Counted from the first letter of the stretch, positions 1-10,942 are shown. The stretch: DNA of 64,000 nt from Flocculibacter collagenilyticus (GCF_016469335.1 NZ_CP059888.1:3235899-3299898), one strand, 5' to 3'. Notes: generated from the letters alone by a model not told the origin. Program-made: numbers and translations.

Positions 1-1960
1 AATAGTCATCTATTTGGTTATAAAAAACGTTTGCGACAAACCCTACATCACCTTCAAATTTTCTAAAACTTAACTCTATGTTATTAGACTTTTCTAGCTT
101 AGCGGTGTTATTAGTGGCAATAAATTCATCGGCATGGTCGGCCTCTGCATCTAACTGATAAAGTGCGCCTACTTCAAATGTATTGGTGCCTATGTGTGGC
201 CCAAATGAAAATAATTCAGATGCAGATGGAGCACGTTCTGCGTGTGTGTAGGATAACGCGATGTTGTAGCCTGGGGTGAAGTCCCAAACAATTCCTGCTG
301 AAATACTCTTTGGTGTAAACGTTTGTGCAGGAAAGCTTGATGTATTTAACTCTAGTTCATCATGATGCTCGTCTTCTTCATGCTCTTCATCATCATGGTG
401 TTCAGCGACATCTGTAGTTAGCTTAACCCGCTCAATTCTAGCGCCCAACTGAACCAGTACATCACCAAAGTGCTTTTCTTCCAGCCATGCAAGCGCGTAA
501 GAGCGAGTTGTTGAAGGTGGTGAAAATGCTTCTGCGCCGACTACGTTAAAGTCGTTGTTTTTGTAGTCAAACGTGACTGCGCCGTGCCAGCCCGCATGTT
601 CTTTTAATATTAAATCACTGCGTAGTTGCCATGCTTCAGTATTAAACACTGTGCCAACAATACCGTTTTCTACTTCTGCATGTTGGTAATCTGTGTAACC
701 GACTTTAGTGTTTATAGCTGTTAGTACATTACTATCCAATGCTTTTTCGCTTAACAGTTGCCACCTATTCTGCTGCATTTGACCTTCAACAGACTCTTCA
801 TGCGCTTCATGCGCTTCATGCGCTTCATGTTCTTCATGTTCTTCATGTTCTTCGTGTTCTTCGTGAGCATGAAAAGGAATACCGTAATTACGTTCAAGCC
901 GACCAAATGAAAATCCTACAAAGCCATCATCCATTAAATAACTTACGCCGACAGTACCGCCTAACGCTTTGGCATTGCTATTTTCAAGCTTATCCGTTGC
1001 TGTATCATGGTGCTCTTCATCATGTTCATGCGCTTCTTCGTCGTGATCATCATGCATTTCTGACTGGATGGGAATGTTATAGTCATCACCTTTGCGCCAA
1101 AAACCATCAAGATGTACCGCAACGTCGTCCTTGCCAGTACCAAACATAAACGCAGCTTCATTTTCATTCGCAACCGTATTATGGCTAGCTTGCCATTCAG
1201 CAATAGTGTCAGTATTTGTTGGTACTCGGTTATCAACAATGTTCACAACACCACCAATGGCTCCGCTGCCATAGAATAATGTTGCAGGCCCTCTTAATAC
1301 TTCAACTTGTGTCACTGTTGCGGTTTCAGTGGCAACAACGTGATCTGGGCTGCCACGTGAAACGTCACTCACGTCTAAACCATTTTGCGCGATCATTACG
1401 CGCGGGCCATCTAACCCACGAATGATAGGGCTACTACTGACTGGCCCAAAATAAGAAGAATGCACACCAAGTTCTGTTTTTAATGTGTCGCCTAACGTTG
1501 AAGCATGTTTGTTTTTTAAGGAGTCACCTGCCAACACGCTAACTGGCGCAGACGATTCTAAAGTAGAGGCATGAAATGGGGTTGCGTACACATCGTAATG
1601 CTCCATAACCGATGGAGACAGCGTTATTTGATGCACCCCATCTTGGTGCATGATCTTAACCGTTTTAAAACCAAAGCCATCTGCTTTCACATGCAATTCA
1701 TCAGCATGTTGATTAAGTGCAGCCTTGTTGGTTTTTTTCAACGGAGGAAGTGTTAATTCAAACTGTCCGTTTTCATCCGTTTGAGTCGTCAGTCTTGTGC
1801 CATGAAGATCAACTTGTGCGGACGAAATCGGTTTACCCGTAGGGTCAATTATTGTGCCCTTGATTAAGTGCCCTGTTGCAGCGTTATCAGCATAAGCAGA
1901 CACAGAAGCCGCGGCTAAACCCAAAAGTATTGTATTTAATTGTGTTTTCATTTTGTTCAT
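1..1960 (-). CDS. TonB-dependent outer-membrane receptor, His/Glu-rich (ZnuD-like zinc-uptake type); 3' end cut by window edge
   Basis: Own translation of minus strand from ATG 1958-1960: MNKMKTQLNTILLGLAAASVSAYA signal peptide; plug-domain motif EVLRGPATLFYGSGAIGGVVNIV; long HEEHEEHEEHEAHEAHEAHEE and HHDDEEHEEDEHHDE loops. Absent from supplied ORF track because it runs off the window. Confidence 0.8.
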   Translation of the reverse strand, partial: MNKMKTQLNTILLGLAAASVSAYADNAATGHLIKGTIIDPTGKPISSAQVDLHGTRLTTQTDENGQFELTLPPLKKTNKAALNQHADELHVKADGFGFKTVKIMHQDGVHQITLSPSVMEHYDVYATPFHASTLESSAPVSVLAGDSLKNKHASTLGDTLKTELGVHSSYFGPVSSSPIIRGLDGPRVMIAQNGLDVSDVSRGSPDHVVATETATVTQVEVLRGPATLFYGSGAIGGVVNIVDNRVPTNTDTIAEWQASHNTVANENEAAFMFGTGKDDVAVHLDGFWRKGDDYNIPIQSEMHDDHDEEAHEHDEEHHDTATDKLENSNAKALGGTVGVSYLMDDGFVGFSFGRLERNYGIPFHAHEEHEEHEEHEEHEAHEAHEAHEESVEGQMQQNRWQLLSEKALDSNVLTAINTKVGYTDYQHAEVENGIVGTVFNTEAWQLRSDLILKEHAGWHGAVTFDYKNNDFNVVGAEAFSPPSTTRSYALAWLEEKHFGDVLVQLGARIERVKLTTDVAEHHDDEEHEEDEHHDELELNTSSFPAQTFTPKSISAGIVWDFTPGYNIALSYTHAERAPSASELFSFGPHIGTNTFEVGALYQLDAEADHADEFIATNNTAKLEKSNNIELSFRKFEGDVGFVANVFYNQIDDY

Positions 1961-2269
1961 TCACTTGTAAAGCACTGCACCGCCAACAATACACCTATAG
2001 AAAATAAGTATTAGCTAGCCATACAGCATCAAATTTTATTAACTATAGCTACTGGTTAACATCGCATCAAAAAACACCAGCAAGTGTAGCCAGTATTAGT
2101 ATGGAAAAATAAAAGTGCGATGTTATCGTTTCACTATGACAAATATAGGTAACACGCTATATCAACTGCATTTGAAGCATAGTTGGCAAAGATCACATGA
2201 ATAAATATGACGAACATATGCCCTTCATAAACATCAAAAATAGTGAATAGCGTTATAAAGCCTTACGGC

Positions 2270-2734
2270 TTATAAGAATGAACGAGGTGGGCCGCGAAGG
2301 TAGTAAAGCGTGATTAATAGCGATGGAAAGTCAGTATCGAGCCGATTATTCAGCACGTCACTCATTTGGCTTATTTCAAAATTGAATAAACCGACACTGT
2401 TAATTCCAGTGTCCAAAAGATGAGAATACAAACACAGTAAGCAGTCTGCATAGGATATTGGCGTTGACTCTTCATTACCAATGTCAGTTGCGTGAACGGC
2501 TTGCTTTACCTTTTCAGTGCCTTCTACATCTGTAATGGCACTAGCTACTATGCTATTACCAGTTGAGTGAAGGCCATGCTGGGTTTGTATTACCGAGTGG
2601 TTAAAGGAAGTAAGCGAATAATGCGTGAGATCATGGTTAACGAAAGCAATGATCGCAAGCATTAAAGTGCAAGATAACCAATGGTTAAATTTACTGCTGC
2701 GCTTGTGCATTGTAAGGGTCTGTTGACCTTTCAT
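2270..2734 (-). CDS. hypothetical protein (His-containing, no recognisable family)
   Basis: 154-aa ORF in track, upstream (same strand) of the TonB receptor; no motif recognised. Confidence 0.3.
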   Translation of the reverse strand: MKGQQTLTMHKRSSKFNHWLSCTLMLAIIAFVNHDLTHYSLTSFNHSVIQTQHGLHSTGNSIVASAITDVEGTEKVKQAVHATDIGNEESTPISYADCLLCLYSHLLDTGINSVGLFNFEISQMSDVLNNRLDTDFPSLLITLYYLRGPPRSFL

Positions 2735-2779
2735 TTTCGTCTCTATTATTTGCTCATTTTTTTACAACTGCAATCATAT

Positions 2780-2815
2780 AAAAAAAAAGCCAGAGAAGTA
2801 AATAGCCTCTCTGGC
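2780..2815 (-). terminator. rho-independent terminator-like hairpin (minus strand)
   Basis: gccagagaag-taaatag-cctctctggc stem-loop; on minus strand followed by T8 (complement of A-run 2781-2788). Confidence 0.4.
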
Positions 2816-3045
2816 AAACCAGCACATTTAAGACCCGTGGAGGGACTCTGAAAGTTAAACCACACCTATATTAAAAGACAAATACAGCAGCAACTTATCG
2901 ACCGTTAAACAATAAGTTAAAAAATAATTTTTAACTAAGTGTAAGCAACTTTCGAAATCTATTATGCATGAACAAAACCCATTTGCAAATGATAATTATT
3001 ACTATTTGAGAAATATTTGCATTCTTTCTTTACATAATAAAATAC

Positions 3046-3065
3046 TACTGTATATTTAAACAGTA
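3046..3065 (+). promoter_or_regulatory. LexA (SOS) box upstream of yebG
   Basis: tACTGTatatttaaACAGta = CTGT-N8-ACAG, 50 bp upstream of yebG ATG. Confidence 0.7.
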
Positions 3066-3115
3066 AACTATACATCGTTGTATCAAAGTAAAAGATAAAT
3101 GATTAGGGGCAAGTT

Positions 3116-3556
3116 ATGGCTGTTGAAACTCGTTACGTAATAATTAGAACTGTAAACAATAAAGGAAAAGAAGTGATGACCTTTACTGATAAAAAATCTG
3201 CTGATGAATACGATCGTATGTTAGACATGGCAGAGCATTTAACAGTATTGTTAGATGAGGCACCACTCGCCCTTGATGAAGCAATGAAAGAAGAATTAAG
3301 CGTATTTTTAGCAAAGAACAGAGAAGACGTGCTTATCGCCCTGCAAGCTAAGAAAAAAGCAGCTGAAAAGTCGTCAAAAAAAGCAGACACTAAGTCTAAT
3401 AAATCTACCGAGGCAACTAGCAGTGATGAAGACGCTGACACAAAAAACGTTCTGCAAGCCGATATAACAACCTTACCAGATACAGATACTGCAAATGCCG
3501 ACACCGAGCTTGAGAAAAATAACGACTTTATTATTGAAAAAGAAGACGCCGCATAA
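3116..3556 (+). CDS. yebG: DNA damage-inducible protein YebG homolog with acidic/Lys-rich C-terminal extension
   Basis: N-terminus MAVETRYVIIRT...MTFTDKKSADEYDRMLDMAEHL resembles E. coli YebG; preceded by a canonical SOS box. Confidence 0.6.
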   Translation: MAVETRYVIIRTVNNKGKEVMTFTDKKSADEYDRMLDMAEHLTVLLDEAPLALDEAMKEELSVFLAKNREDVLIALQAKKKAAEKSSKKADTKSNKSTEATSSDEDADTKNVLQADITTLPDTDTANADTELEKNNDFIIEKEDAA

Positions 3557-3585
3557 GTTGCGGCCAATAAAAAATAGTGTCACTA

Positions 3586-3627
3586 ATTTTTAAGTACGGA
3601 TTTTTAAGTACGGATTTTTAAGCACTG
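3586..3627. repeat. 14-bp tandem repeat x3 (atttttaagtacgg)
   Basis: Three consecutive units 3586-3599, 3600-3613, 3614-3627 (last degenerate). Confidence 0.6.
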
Positions 3628-3688
3628 GTTGTAAGCATTAACTTATAAACAGTGCCTTCTAAATACGCCCTACTAAACACAGCCCAGT

Positions 3689-3712
3689 AGCGCCCGATTA
3701 CGGGCGTTTGTT
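3689..3712 (+). terminator. rho-independent terminator (yebG)
   Basis: cgcccg-atta-cgggcg hairpin followed by tttgtt. Confidence 0.5.
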
Positions 3713-5054
3713 ATGATTCAGGCTCAACTTTATGCTTATTTTTTTCTTCAATCCATTGAGACATGTATTGAGTACTTTTCAATGAGTGGTGGCGAAGCAT
3801 AGCACCTGTAAAATTATTTAATCTATGCTGACCAAGGTGTTGTAACACATTATTGATTCTGTCAATAAGCGCCTTACCGATCACTTCAGCATCATAAATT
3901 TGATTAATTATCTGAAAACCATTTTGCTGCGCCTGTTGCCAAGCAGTTGAGTCTGAATACAGCGCAACCGCCTGCTCTACAAATGAATCAACATCATCTT
4001 CAATATAACCAGACCATGGTAAAGTGTTCTTAGCTTCATCTGTAAGAGTTGCTTCGCCCCCATCAACACTAACACGTGATTCAGAGGAATATTCAAGCCT
4101 TGGTATACAACTCATTGCCTCAACGCCAATAGTTGATGTGACATTAGGCGTACCAGCCTGCATCGCATCAATTAACTTACCTTTAAGGCCTGCCCCAAAA
4201 CGCAGTGGTGCTAAACACACCCTTGCTTGTTGCATTTCATGTTGTGCATCTTCAACCCACCCTTTCACATAAAACCCAATTTTCGGATTATGTAACTGCG
4301 TTGCTTTTTTAGGAGGGTATGAACCGCAAACCCGAATACTTGCTTGCGGTAAACGCTTTCTAATTTTTGGCCAAATTTCTTTATAAAGCCACAATACGGC
4401 ATCCCAATTCGGCTCATGACGAAAACTGCCAATTGAAATGAAATCCGTACGTTGCTCAAACGTCGGCAGCGTGTCAATTTCATTTGATGAAATATTTTCA
4501 ACCATGAATGGCGCATGCTGTAACAATGCAGGATCAATGTTAAATTGCTCTTGTAACAACTTCATTTCAGCACTCGAAATAATGAAAGTAAGATCACAAC
4601 GCAAAATTGCTGCAATCTCTCTTTTCGCATAATCTGAATGCCAATCTTCTTGTTGAATATCTCGATGCTGTTTTAATGCTTTGTGTCGAGCTTGGCGTAA
4701 GAAGTGTAAATCTTCGCTTTGTAAGATCCTAAGTGCCGAAGGACAGTTTTTCTCAACCCGCCATGCAAACTGCTCTTCCATCATGTAGCGGTCAAACACC
4801 ACAATATCTGGTGCTAATTCAGAAATATATTGATCAAAGCTACTGTCGTTCAGTGCAATACTTTGCGTTGGCACATTCAACATAGCCAAGTCTGCCATGT
4901 GCATACTTAACTCAGCAGGGCTGGCGAAGGTTACTTGCCAATCTTGTTGACGAAATAACTTTATCAAAGAAAGCATATTACTGCCCGCAGCTGATGACTT
5001 CGGCTCTGGCCACACATAGCCAATTATCAATACGTTCATGGTCATATTATTCAC
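3711..5054 (-). CDS. glycosyltransferase (GT4/RfaG-like)
   Basis: 447 aa; C-terminal GT-B fold signature region GWVEDAQHEM...RFGAGLKGKLIDAMQAGTPNV. Confidence 0.55.
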   Translation of the reverse strand: MNNMTMNVLIIGYVWPEPKSSAAGSNMLSLIKLFRQQDWQVTFASPAELSMHMADLAMLNVPTQSIALNDSSFDQYISELAPDIVVFDRYMMEEQFAWRVEKNCPSALRILQSEDLHFLRQARHKALKQHRDIQQEDWHSDYAKREIAAILRCDLTFIISSAEMKLLQEQFNIDPALLQHAPFMVENISSNEIDTLPTFEQRTDFISIGSFRHEPNWDAVLWLYKEIWPKIRKRLPQASIRVCGSYPPKKATQLHNPKIGFYVKGWVEDAQHEMQQARVCLAPLRFGAGLKGKLIDAMQAGTPNVTSTIGVEAMSCIPRLEYSSESRVSVDGGEATLTDEAKNTLPWSGYIEDDVDSFVEQAVALYSDSTAWQQAQQNGFQIINQIYDAEVIGKALIDRINNVLQHLGQHRLNNFTGAMLRHHSLKSTQYMSQWIEEKNKHKVEPES

Positions 5055-5097
5055 TACTTGTTTCTTATCGCCACACTGGGCGCATGTTGCCAGACAT

Positions 5098-5131
5098 AAA
5101 AAAACGCACCTTACAATAAGGTGCGTTTTTA
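5098..5131 (-). terminator. rho-independent terminator downstream of acnB
   Basis: aaaacgcacctt-acaa-taaggtgcgtttt perfect hairpin; on minus strand followed by a T-run. Confidence 0.65.
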
Positions 5132-5180
5132 TTAAAGTGTATTGTTAAAACGGTGTGTTAAAACAATTTATTCCTCAGCA

Positions 5181-7778
5181 TTAAACCGCTTGTTGAATAA
5201 TCACTGTTTCCGCTTTTTTAGTGTAATGCGGCATCTTATGGAAATTTAAGTAACGGAATGTATCCGCTGCTGTCGCATCGATTTGCTTCGCATATTCCAT
5301 GTATTCTTCAACCGTTGGTAAACGACCAACAATTGCACCTACCGCCGCTAATTCAGCTGACGTTAGATATACATTCGCACCATTACCTAAACGGTTAGGG
5401 AAGTTACGCGTAGAGGTAGACAATACCGTTGCTTTGTCTGCAACACGTGCTTGGTTACCCATACATAGTGAACAGCCCGGTGTTTCAATACGCACACCTG
5501 CGCGGCCGTATATGCCGTAATACCCTTCTTCCGTTAATTGATCACGATCCATTTTAGTTGGCGGTGCAATCCATAAACGTGTCGGTAATTCGCCTTTGTG
5601 CTTATCTAGTAATTTACCAGCAGCACGGAAGTGACCGATGTTCGTCATACATGAGCCGATAAATACTTCATCAAGCTTCTCGCCCGCTACTTCTGATAAT
5701 ACTTTTGCATCATCAGGGTCGTTTGGACAACATACAATTGGCTCTTTAATGTCAGCAAGATCAATTTCGATTACATGCTTATATTCAGCATCTTTATCTG
5801 CTTCCATTAACTCAGGATTAGCTAACCAGCTTTCCATCGCTTGAATACGACGCTCAATAGTACGAACATCACCGTAACCTTCAGCGATCATCCACTTAAG
5901 CATTACAATGTTAGATTCTAAGTACTCTTTAACTGACTCTTCAGAAAGCTTAATCGTACAACCTGCTGCACTACGCTCTGCTGATGCATCTGAAAGTTCG
6001 AATGCTTGCTCAACAGTTAAGTTTTCAAGCCCTTCAATCTCTAGTACACGACCTGAGAATTCGTTGATTTTACCTGCTTTCTCTACAGTTAATAGGCCAT
6101 TTTTAATGCCATATAACGGAATTGCGTGCACTAAATCACGTAATGTAATACCCGGTTGCATTTCGCCTTTAAAGCGAACTAATACAGACTCTGGCATATC
6201 AAGCGGCATTACACCTGTCGCTGCTGCGAATGCAACAAGACCAGAACCAGCTGGGAATGAAATACCCATTGGGAAACGTGTATGCGAGTCACCACCAGTA
6301 CCAACTGTATCTGGTAACAACATGCGGTTTAACCACGAGTGGATAATACCGTCACCAGGACGTAGAGAAACACCGCCACGATTCATAATGAAGTCTGGTA
6401 ATGTGTGATGCGTTTCAACATCAACTGGCTTCGGATACGCTGAAGTGTGACAGAATGATTGCATTGTTAAGTCAGCTGTGAAGCCTAAACATGCTAAATC
6501 TTTTAGTTCGTCACGCGTCATAGGACCTGTAGTGTCTTGCGAACCAACCGTTGTCATTTTCGGTTCACAGTATTGACCAGGACGAATACCAGCAACACCA
6601 CACGCTTTACCAACCATTTTCTGTGCTAGCGTGAAGCCTTTGCCAGAATCTATTGGATCAACAGGCTTTTTGAAGATATCAGTAGAGCCTAAACCTAGTG
6701 CTTCACGAGCACGGTCTGTTAGACCACGACCAATGATAAGTGGAATACGACCACCAGCACGTACTTCGTCAAGTAATACGTTTGAGCTTAGCTCAAACTC
6801 AGAAATTACTTCATCAGTACCTGAACGCTTAACAACGCCTTCGTATGGGAAAATATCAATAACATCGCCCATATTCATTTTTTGTACATCAAGCTCTATT
6901 GGTAATGCGCCTGAATCTTCCATTGTGTTGAAGAAGATAGGAGCGATTTTACCGCCTAAACATACACCGCCGCTGCGCTTGTTTGGAACATGAGGGATAT
7001 CATGACCCATAAACCACAGTACCGAGTTAGTTGCTGATTTACGAGACGAGCCCGTACCAACTACATCACCAACATACGCTAATGGAATATTATCTTCTTG
7101 AAGTGCTTTAATTTGCTTAATTGGGCCAATTGAGCCCGGCTCGTCAGGGTTAATACCATCACGTTCCATTTTTAGCATCGCTAACGCGTGTAATGGAATA
7201 TCTGGACGAGACCATGCATCTGGTGCAGGTGACAAGTCATCAGTGTTGGTTTCACCAGTGACTTTAAATACTTTAACAGTAATTTTTTCAGGTACTGCCG
7301 GCTTGTTTAAGAACCACTCTGCATTTGCCCATGATTCCATTACTTGCTTAGCATATTTATTGCCAGCGTCTGCTTTTTCTTTAACATCAAAGAAAGCATC
7401 AAACATCAATAATGTTTTACTTAAGCCTTCAACGGCAATTGGCGCAAGCTGGTCGTTATCAAGTAACTCAATCATTGGCTGAATGTTATAACCACCTAAC
7501 ATAGTGCCCAATAATTTCGTTGCTTGTTCAGCGTCCAAAATTGGTGATGTTGCTTCGCCTTTTGCGATAGCAGCTAAAAAGCCAGCTTTAACATACGCTG
7601 CATCATCTACCCCAGGAGGTACGCGATCAGATAATAGTTCTAGTAAAAAGGTTTCTTCACCAGCAGGTGGATTTTTAATTAGTTCTACAAGTTCTGCTGT
7701 TTGCTTGGCATTTAACGGCTTAGGTACAATGCCTTCTGCTGCACGCTCTTCTACGTGTTTACGATATTCTTGAAGCAC
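5181..7778 (-). CDS. acnB: aconitate hydratase B (bifunctional aconitase / 2-methylisocitrate dehydratase)
   Basis: 865 aa; [23 protein letters not shown]-terminus and full-length collinearity with AcnB. Confidence 0.95.
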   Translation of the reverse strand: MLQEYRKHVEERAAEGIVPKPLNAKQTAELVELIKNPPAGEETFLLELLSDRVPPGVDDAAYVKAGFLAAIAKGEATSPILDAEQATKLLGTMLGGYNIQPMIELLDNDQLAPIAVEGLSKTLLMFDAFFDVKEKADAGNKYAKQVMESWANAEWFLNKPAVPEKITVKVFKVTGETNTDDLSPAPDAWSRPDIPLHALAMLKMERDGINPDEPGSIGPIKQIKALQEDNIPLAYVGDVVGTGSSRKSATNSVLWFMGHDIPHVPNKRSGGVCLGGKIAPIFFNTMEDSGALPIELDVQKMNMGDVIDIFPYEGVVKRSGTDEVISEFELSSNVLLDEVRAGGRIPLIIGRGLTDRAREALGLGSTDIFKKPVDPIDSGKGFTLAQKMVGKACGVAGIRPGQYCEPKMTTVGSQDTTGPMTRDELKDLACLGFTADLTMQSFCHTSAYPKPVDVETHHTLPDFIMNRGGVSLRPGDGIIHSWLNRMLLPDTVGTGGDSHTRFPMGISFPAGSGLVAFAAATGVMPLDMPESVLVRFKGEMQPGITLRDLVHAIPLYGIKNGLLTVEKAGKINEFSGRVLEIEGLENLTVEQAFELSDASAERSAAGCTIKLSEESVKEYLESNIVMLKWMIAEGYGDVRTIERRIQAMESWLANPELMEADKDAEYKHVIEIDLADIKEPIVCCPNDPDDAKVLSEVAGEKLDEVFIGSCMTNIGHFRAAGKLLDKHKGELPTRLWIAPPTKMDRDQLTEEGYYGIYGRAGVRIETPGCSLCMGNQARVADKATVLSTSTRNFPNRLGNGANVYLTSAELAAVGAIVGRLPTVEEYMEYAKQIDATAADTFRYLNFHKMPHYTKKAETVIIQQAV

Positions 7779-8075
7779 GACTGTGTCCTCTTTATCTTAA
7801 ATGTGCGTGGTTAGTTGACTGCTTAGTTTACACTCACGAACGTTGAGTTTTTGTCATTCGACAATAACCACATCCTATAACGGGTTTAGAAAGTGTAGTA
7901 CATCTGTCACTACCCACTTTAAATCTTTGATTGATATGGTTTACGTGGACGTAAAGTATAATAGGAATAAGGGGAAATTAAAATTGGATAACTATAAATA
8001 AAAAATATAGTTAGCATAATAGTGATTTATATCAAGCCAGCAAAAAATTGCTGGCTTGTTCATAACAGGAATTAA

Positions 8076-10151
8076 TTACCAAATTTTTACGCGATCTTCA
8101 GGCGCAATATACATTGCATCACCTTCCTTCACGTCAAATGCTTGATAAAACTCAGGCATGCTTGCCACAATACCAATTACACGGTATTGGCTTGGTGAGT
8201 GCGGATCTGTCATTAGACGACGACGTAACTCTTCATCACGATATTTACGACGCCATACTTGCGACCAACCAATGAAGAAGCGTTGTGTACCTGTGAAGCC
8301 ATCCATTACTGGTGCTTTTTTGCCATCTAGTGATAATTCATAAGCTTTAAGTGCAACCGTTAAGCCACCAAGATCACCAATGTTCTCACCTAGTGTTAGC
8401 TCACCATTTACTGATGCATCTTCAAATGGTGCATAAGCAGCATATTGGCTAGCTAATTTAGCGCCACGAGTTTGAAACTCTTTTAAATCTTGCTCGGTCC
8501 ACCAGTTAACTAGGTTCCCGTCACCATTATATTTTGCGCCTTGGTCGTCAAAGCCATGGCCTAATTCGTGACCGATAACGGCACCAATACCACCATAGTT
8601 TACCGCGTCATCCGCTTCTAGGTTAAAGAAAGGTGGTTGTAAAATTGCCGCAGGGAATACGATTTCGTTATTAACTGGGTTGAAGTATGCATTCACCGTT
8701 TGCGGTGTCATATGCCACTCTGAACGGTCAACTGGCTTGCCAATTTTGCTTGCCATGTCTTGATATGTCCACTCGCTAAAGCGGGTAAAATTGCCTACTA
8801 AATCGTCTGCTTTAATGTCAAGATCTGAATAGTCTTTCCACTTATCAGGATAACCAATTTTAGGTGTGAACTTACTTAACTTAACTTTAGCGGCTTTCTT
8901 CGTTTCTTCAGACATCCACTCCAACTCATCAATCGCAATACCGTATGCTTTAATCAGGTTATCCACCATCTCTTCCATACGTTCTTTTGCTTCAGGCTTG
9001 AAGTACTCTTTCACATACAACTGACCTAAGATTTCACCAATCACGCCATTGGCACTATCTACCGCTTTTTTCCAGCGCGGCTTTTGCTCTGCCACACCAC
9101 TTAACACTGTGCTATGGAATGCAAAATGACGGTCTACTAGTTCTTTATGTAATAGGCTAGCTGCACCATCAATAGTATGGAACATCATATAGTCTTTAAG
9201 TGTTTGAATATCTGTGTTCGCGAATAGCTCACCAAATGCTTCAAAGTAAGAAGGCTGGCTAACAATAATAGACTCAGCTGATGCTAAACCAACTTGTTCA
9301 GCGTATTTGTCCCAAGGAAACTCGCCCATGGCTTTGTTCAAATCAGCCGCACTGTATTTGTTGTAACGCTTAGTTGCATCACGCGACTGCACACGCGTCC
9401 AGTGATTTTCAGCCAGTTTCTTTTCAAATTCAAACACACTCTGAGCCGCTTTTTCGGCATGTTCGTGACCCGCTGCTTTTAGCATATCTGTCACGTATAT
9501 GATGTATTCTTTGCGAATTTTTTCAAATTTTTCTGCGTTTTCTAAGTAGTAATCGCGGTCTGGTAAGGCTGTACCACTTTGATAAGTGTATACCGCGTAT
9601 TCTTTAGAATTCTTAGCATCATTGTTTACGTACCAGCCAAACGGAGTGGTAACGCCTTTTTTCTGTAAATATGCCATTGCCGCAACGTAATCGTCACGCG
9701 TATTAATTGACTTAATCAGTGTAAGATCAGGCTTAATTGGTGCAAGCTTTAATTCTTCAGCAAGCTCTGTGTCCATGTAAGCCTTATAAAAGTCGCCTAA
9801 CTTCTGCTCGTTAGAGCCTGGCGTTGCATTTTTATTTGCTGCAGCTTCTTCAATCAGCTTTTTCATCGCATTTTGCGAATCATCGTATAGCTTACTAAAA
9901 GAGCCATAGTTTGAACGATCAGCAGGAATTTCTGTTCTTTCAAGCCACTTACCATTTACGTAAGTATAAAAGTCGTCAGCTGGATTAACTGACTTATCAA
10001 AATTTTCTAATTCAACACCTGAGATAAGTTGTTGTTTTGACTCTGCCACTTCGCTTTTTGTGCTACTCGCAGTTTCTGAGTTTTGCGGTGAGCATGCAGC
10101 TAAGCCTAACGCTAGCGCAACACCAGCAGCAATTGCTGTTACTTTTTTCAT
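8076..10151 (-). CDS. M13-family zinc metallopeptidase lipoprotein (PepO/endothelin-converting-enzyme-like)
   Basis: HELGHGFDDQG zinc motif and NAYF motif; likely true start MKKVTAIAAGVALALGLAACS (lipobox) at 10151 rather than the track start 10205. Confidence 0.85.
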   Translation of the reverse strand: MKKVTAIAAGVALALGLAACSPQNSETASSTKSEVAESKQQLISGVELENFDKSVNPADDFYTYVNGKWLERTEIPADRSNYGSFSKLYDDSQNAMKKLIEEAAANKNATPGSNEQKLGDFYKAYMDTELAEELKLAPIKPDLTLIKSINTRDDYVAAMAYLQKKGVTTPFGWYVNNDAKNSKEYAVYTYQSGTALPDRDYYLENAEKFEKIRKEYIIYVTDMLKAAGHEHAEKAAQSVFEFEKKLAENHWTRVQSRDATKRYNKYSAADLNKAMGEFPWDKYAEQVGLASAESIIVSQPSYFEAFGELFANTDIQTLKDYMMFHTIDGAASLLHKELVDRHFAFHSTVLSGVAEQKPRWKKAVDSANGVIGEILGQLYVKEYFKPEAKERMEEMVDNLIKAYGIAIDELEWMSEETKKAAKVKLSKFTPKIGYPDKWKDYSDLDIKADDLVGNFTRFSEWTYQDMASKIGKPVDRSEWHMTPQTVNAYFNPVNNEIVFPAAILQPPFFNLEADDAVNYGGIGAVIGHELGHGFDDQGAKYNGDGNLVNWWTEQDLKEFQTRGAKLASQYAAYAPFEDASVNGELTLGENIGDLGGLTVALKAYELSLDGKKAPVMDGFTGTQRFFIGWSQVWRRKYRDEELRRRLMTDPHSPSQYRVIGIVASMPEFYQAFDVKEGDAMYIAPEDRVKIW

Positions 10152-10252
10152 GAAAGTTCCCGTAATTATTATCAGTAGCGCAAGTGTGAAATTTTTTCCT
10201 TGCACAATGTAGTTATTATTATGTTATTCGACGACCGATATTACCTGTTTAA

Positions 10253-10942
10253 CTACAACTTTTCAAAATCGCCAAAATGATTGGTTTTATTTGCCATGTA
10301 GCGTTTTCTAAAGGCAATAAAATGTGCTTCTAATGCATCAGCCGCTGATTGCGCTTTTATTAACTCTAGCGTCATTACCGCCACCTCTGCCGTACAGATA
10401 TGGTGATCATGGTAGCTGCTACGCATTTGATAATTTGATACTGTTTCAGGCGCAAAACTTAATACAGGAAACTGATTAAGCCATGGGCTTTTGCGAAACA
10501 TTTTTTTGGCTTCACGCCATGTCCCATCTAAAAGAATAAATAAAGGGCGCTTCGTTGTATCGGTTAAGCTTACCTGCTGAGTCACACGCTCTGGTGCGAC
10601 ACCTTCTTCAGGAAAAATCACATATGGTTGCCACTGCGGATCATTTAATAGTGCCAGCATTTCTTCGCTTGGTTCGGTTCTAGACCACAGAAACGCAAAG
10701 GTATCTGCAACAACATCCGCAATTAACTTACCTGTATTAGACGGCTTTAATGGCTCAGTTTTATACATAATTAAGCAAAACGCAGCATCTAGCTTCACCT
10801 GTTTAACATCTGCACATATACACATCGTATGTTGCAATAAGCATTCTTCACAACGTACGGTTTTAGAGCCTCGCGCATTAAATGGTTTTGTTGAATTTGC
10901 TTTAAGCACTTGTCTTAATTGACTGACAGCATTTATTGGCAT
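10253..10942 (-). CDS. tapT: DTW-domain tRNA-uridine aminocarboxypropyltransferase (YfiP/TapT)
   Basis: N-terminal Cys cluster CEECLLQHTMCIC and DTW motif LLDGTWREAKKM. Confidence 0.7.
   Translation of the reverse strand: MPINAVSQLRQVLKANSTKPFNARGSKTVRCEECLLQHTMCICADVKQVKLDAAFCLIMYKTEPLKPSNTGKLIADVVADTFAFLWSRTEPSEEMLALLNDPQWQPYVIFPEEGVAPERVTQQVSLTDTTKRPLFILLDGTWREAKKMFRKSPWLNQFPVLSFAPETVSNYQMRSSYHDHHICTAEVAVMTLELIKAQSAADALEAHFIAFRKRYMANKTNHFGDFEKL

Noticed and set aside
739-1149. 136-aa plus-strand ORF with HALHALHALHVLHVLHVL repeats
   Set aside because: Reverse-strand shadow of the His/Glu codon microsatellite inside the minus-strand TonB receptor gene; no independent start signals.
1961-2270. 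Zur box upstream of the His-rich TonB receptor
   Set aside because: Looked for a GAAATGTTATAnTATAACATTTC-like palindrome; only weak fragments (atgttatcgtttcac), so not called.
3133-3567. 144-aa minus-strand ORF antisense to yebG
   Set aside because: Completely overlaps the LexA-boxed yebG; low-complexity Ser/Ala-rich translation typical of an antisense artefact.
5908-6993. Several 120-166-aa plus-strand ORFs inside acnB (and similar antisense ORFs inside aceF, aceE, lpdA, prlC, rtcB)
   Set aside because: All lie antisense within strongly supported conserved genes and have Ser/Pro/Ala-rich low-complexity products.
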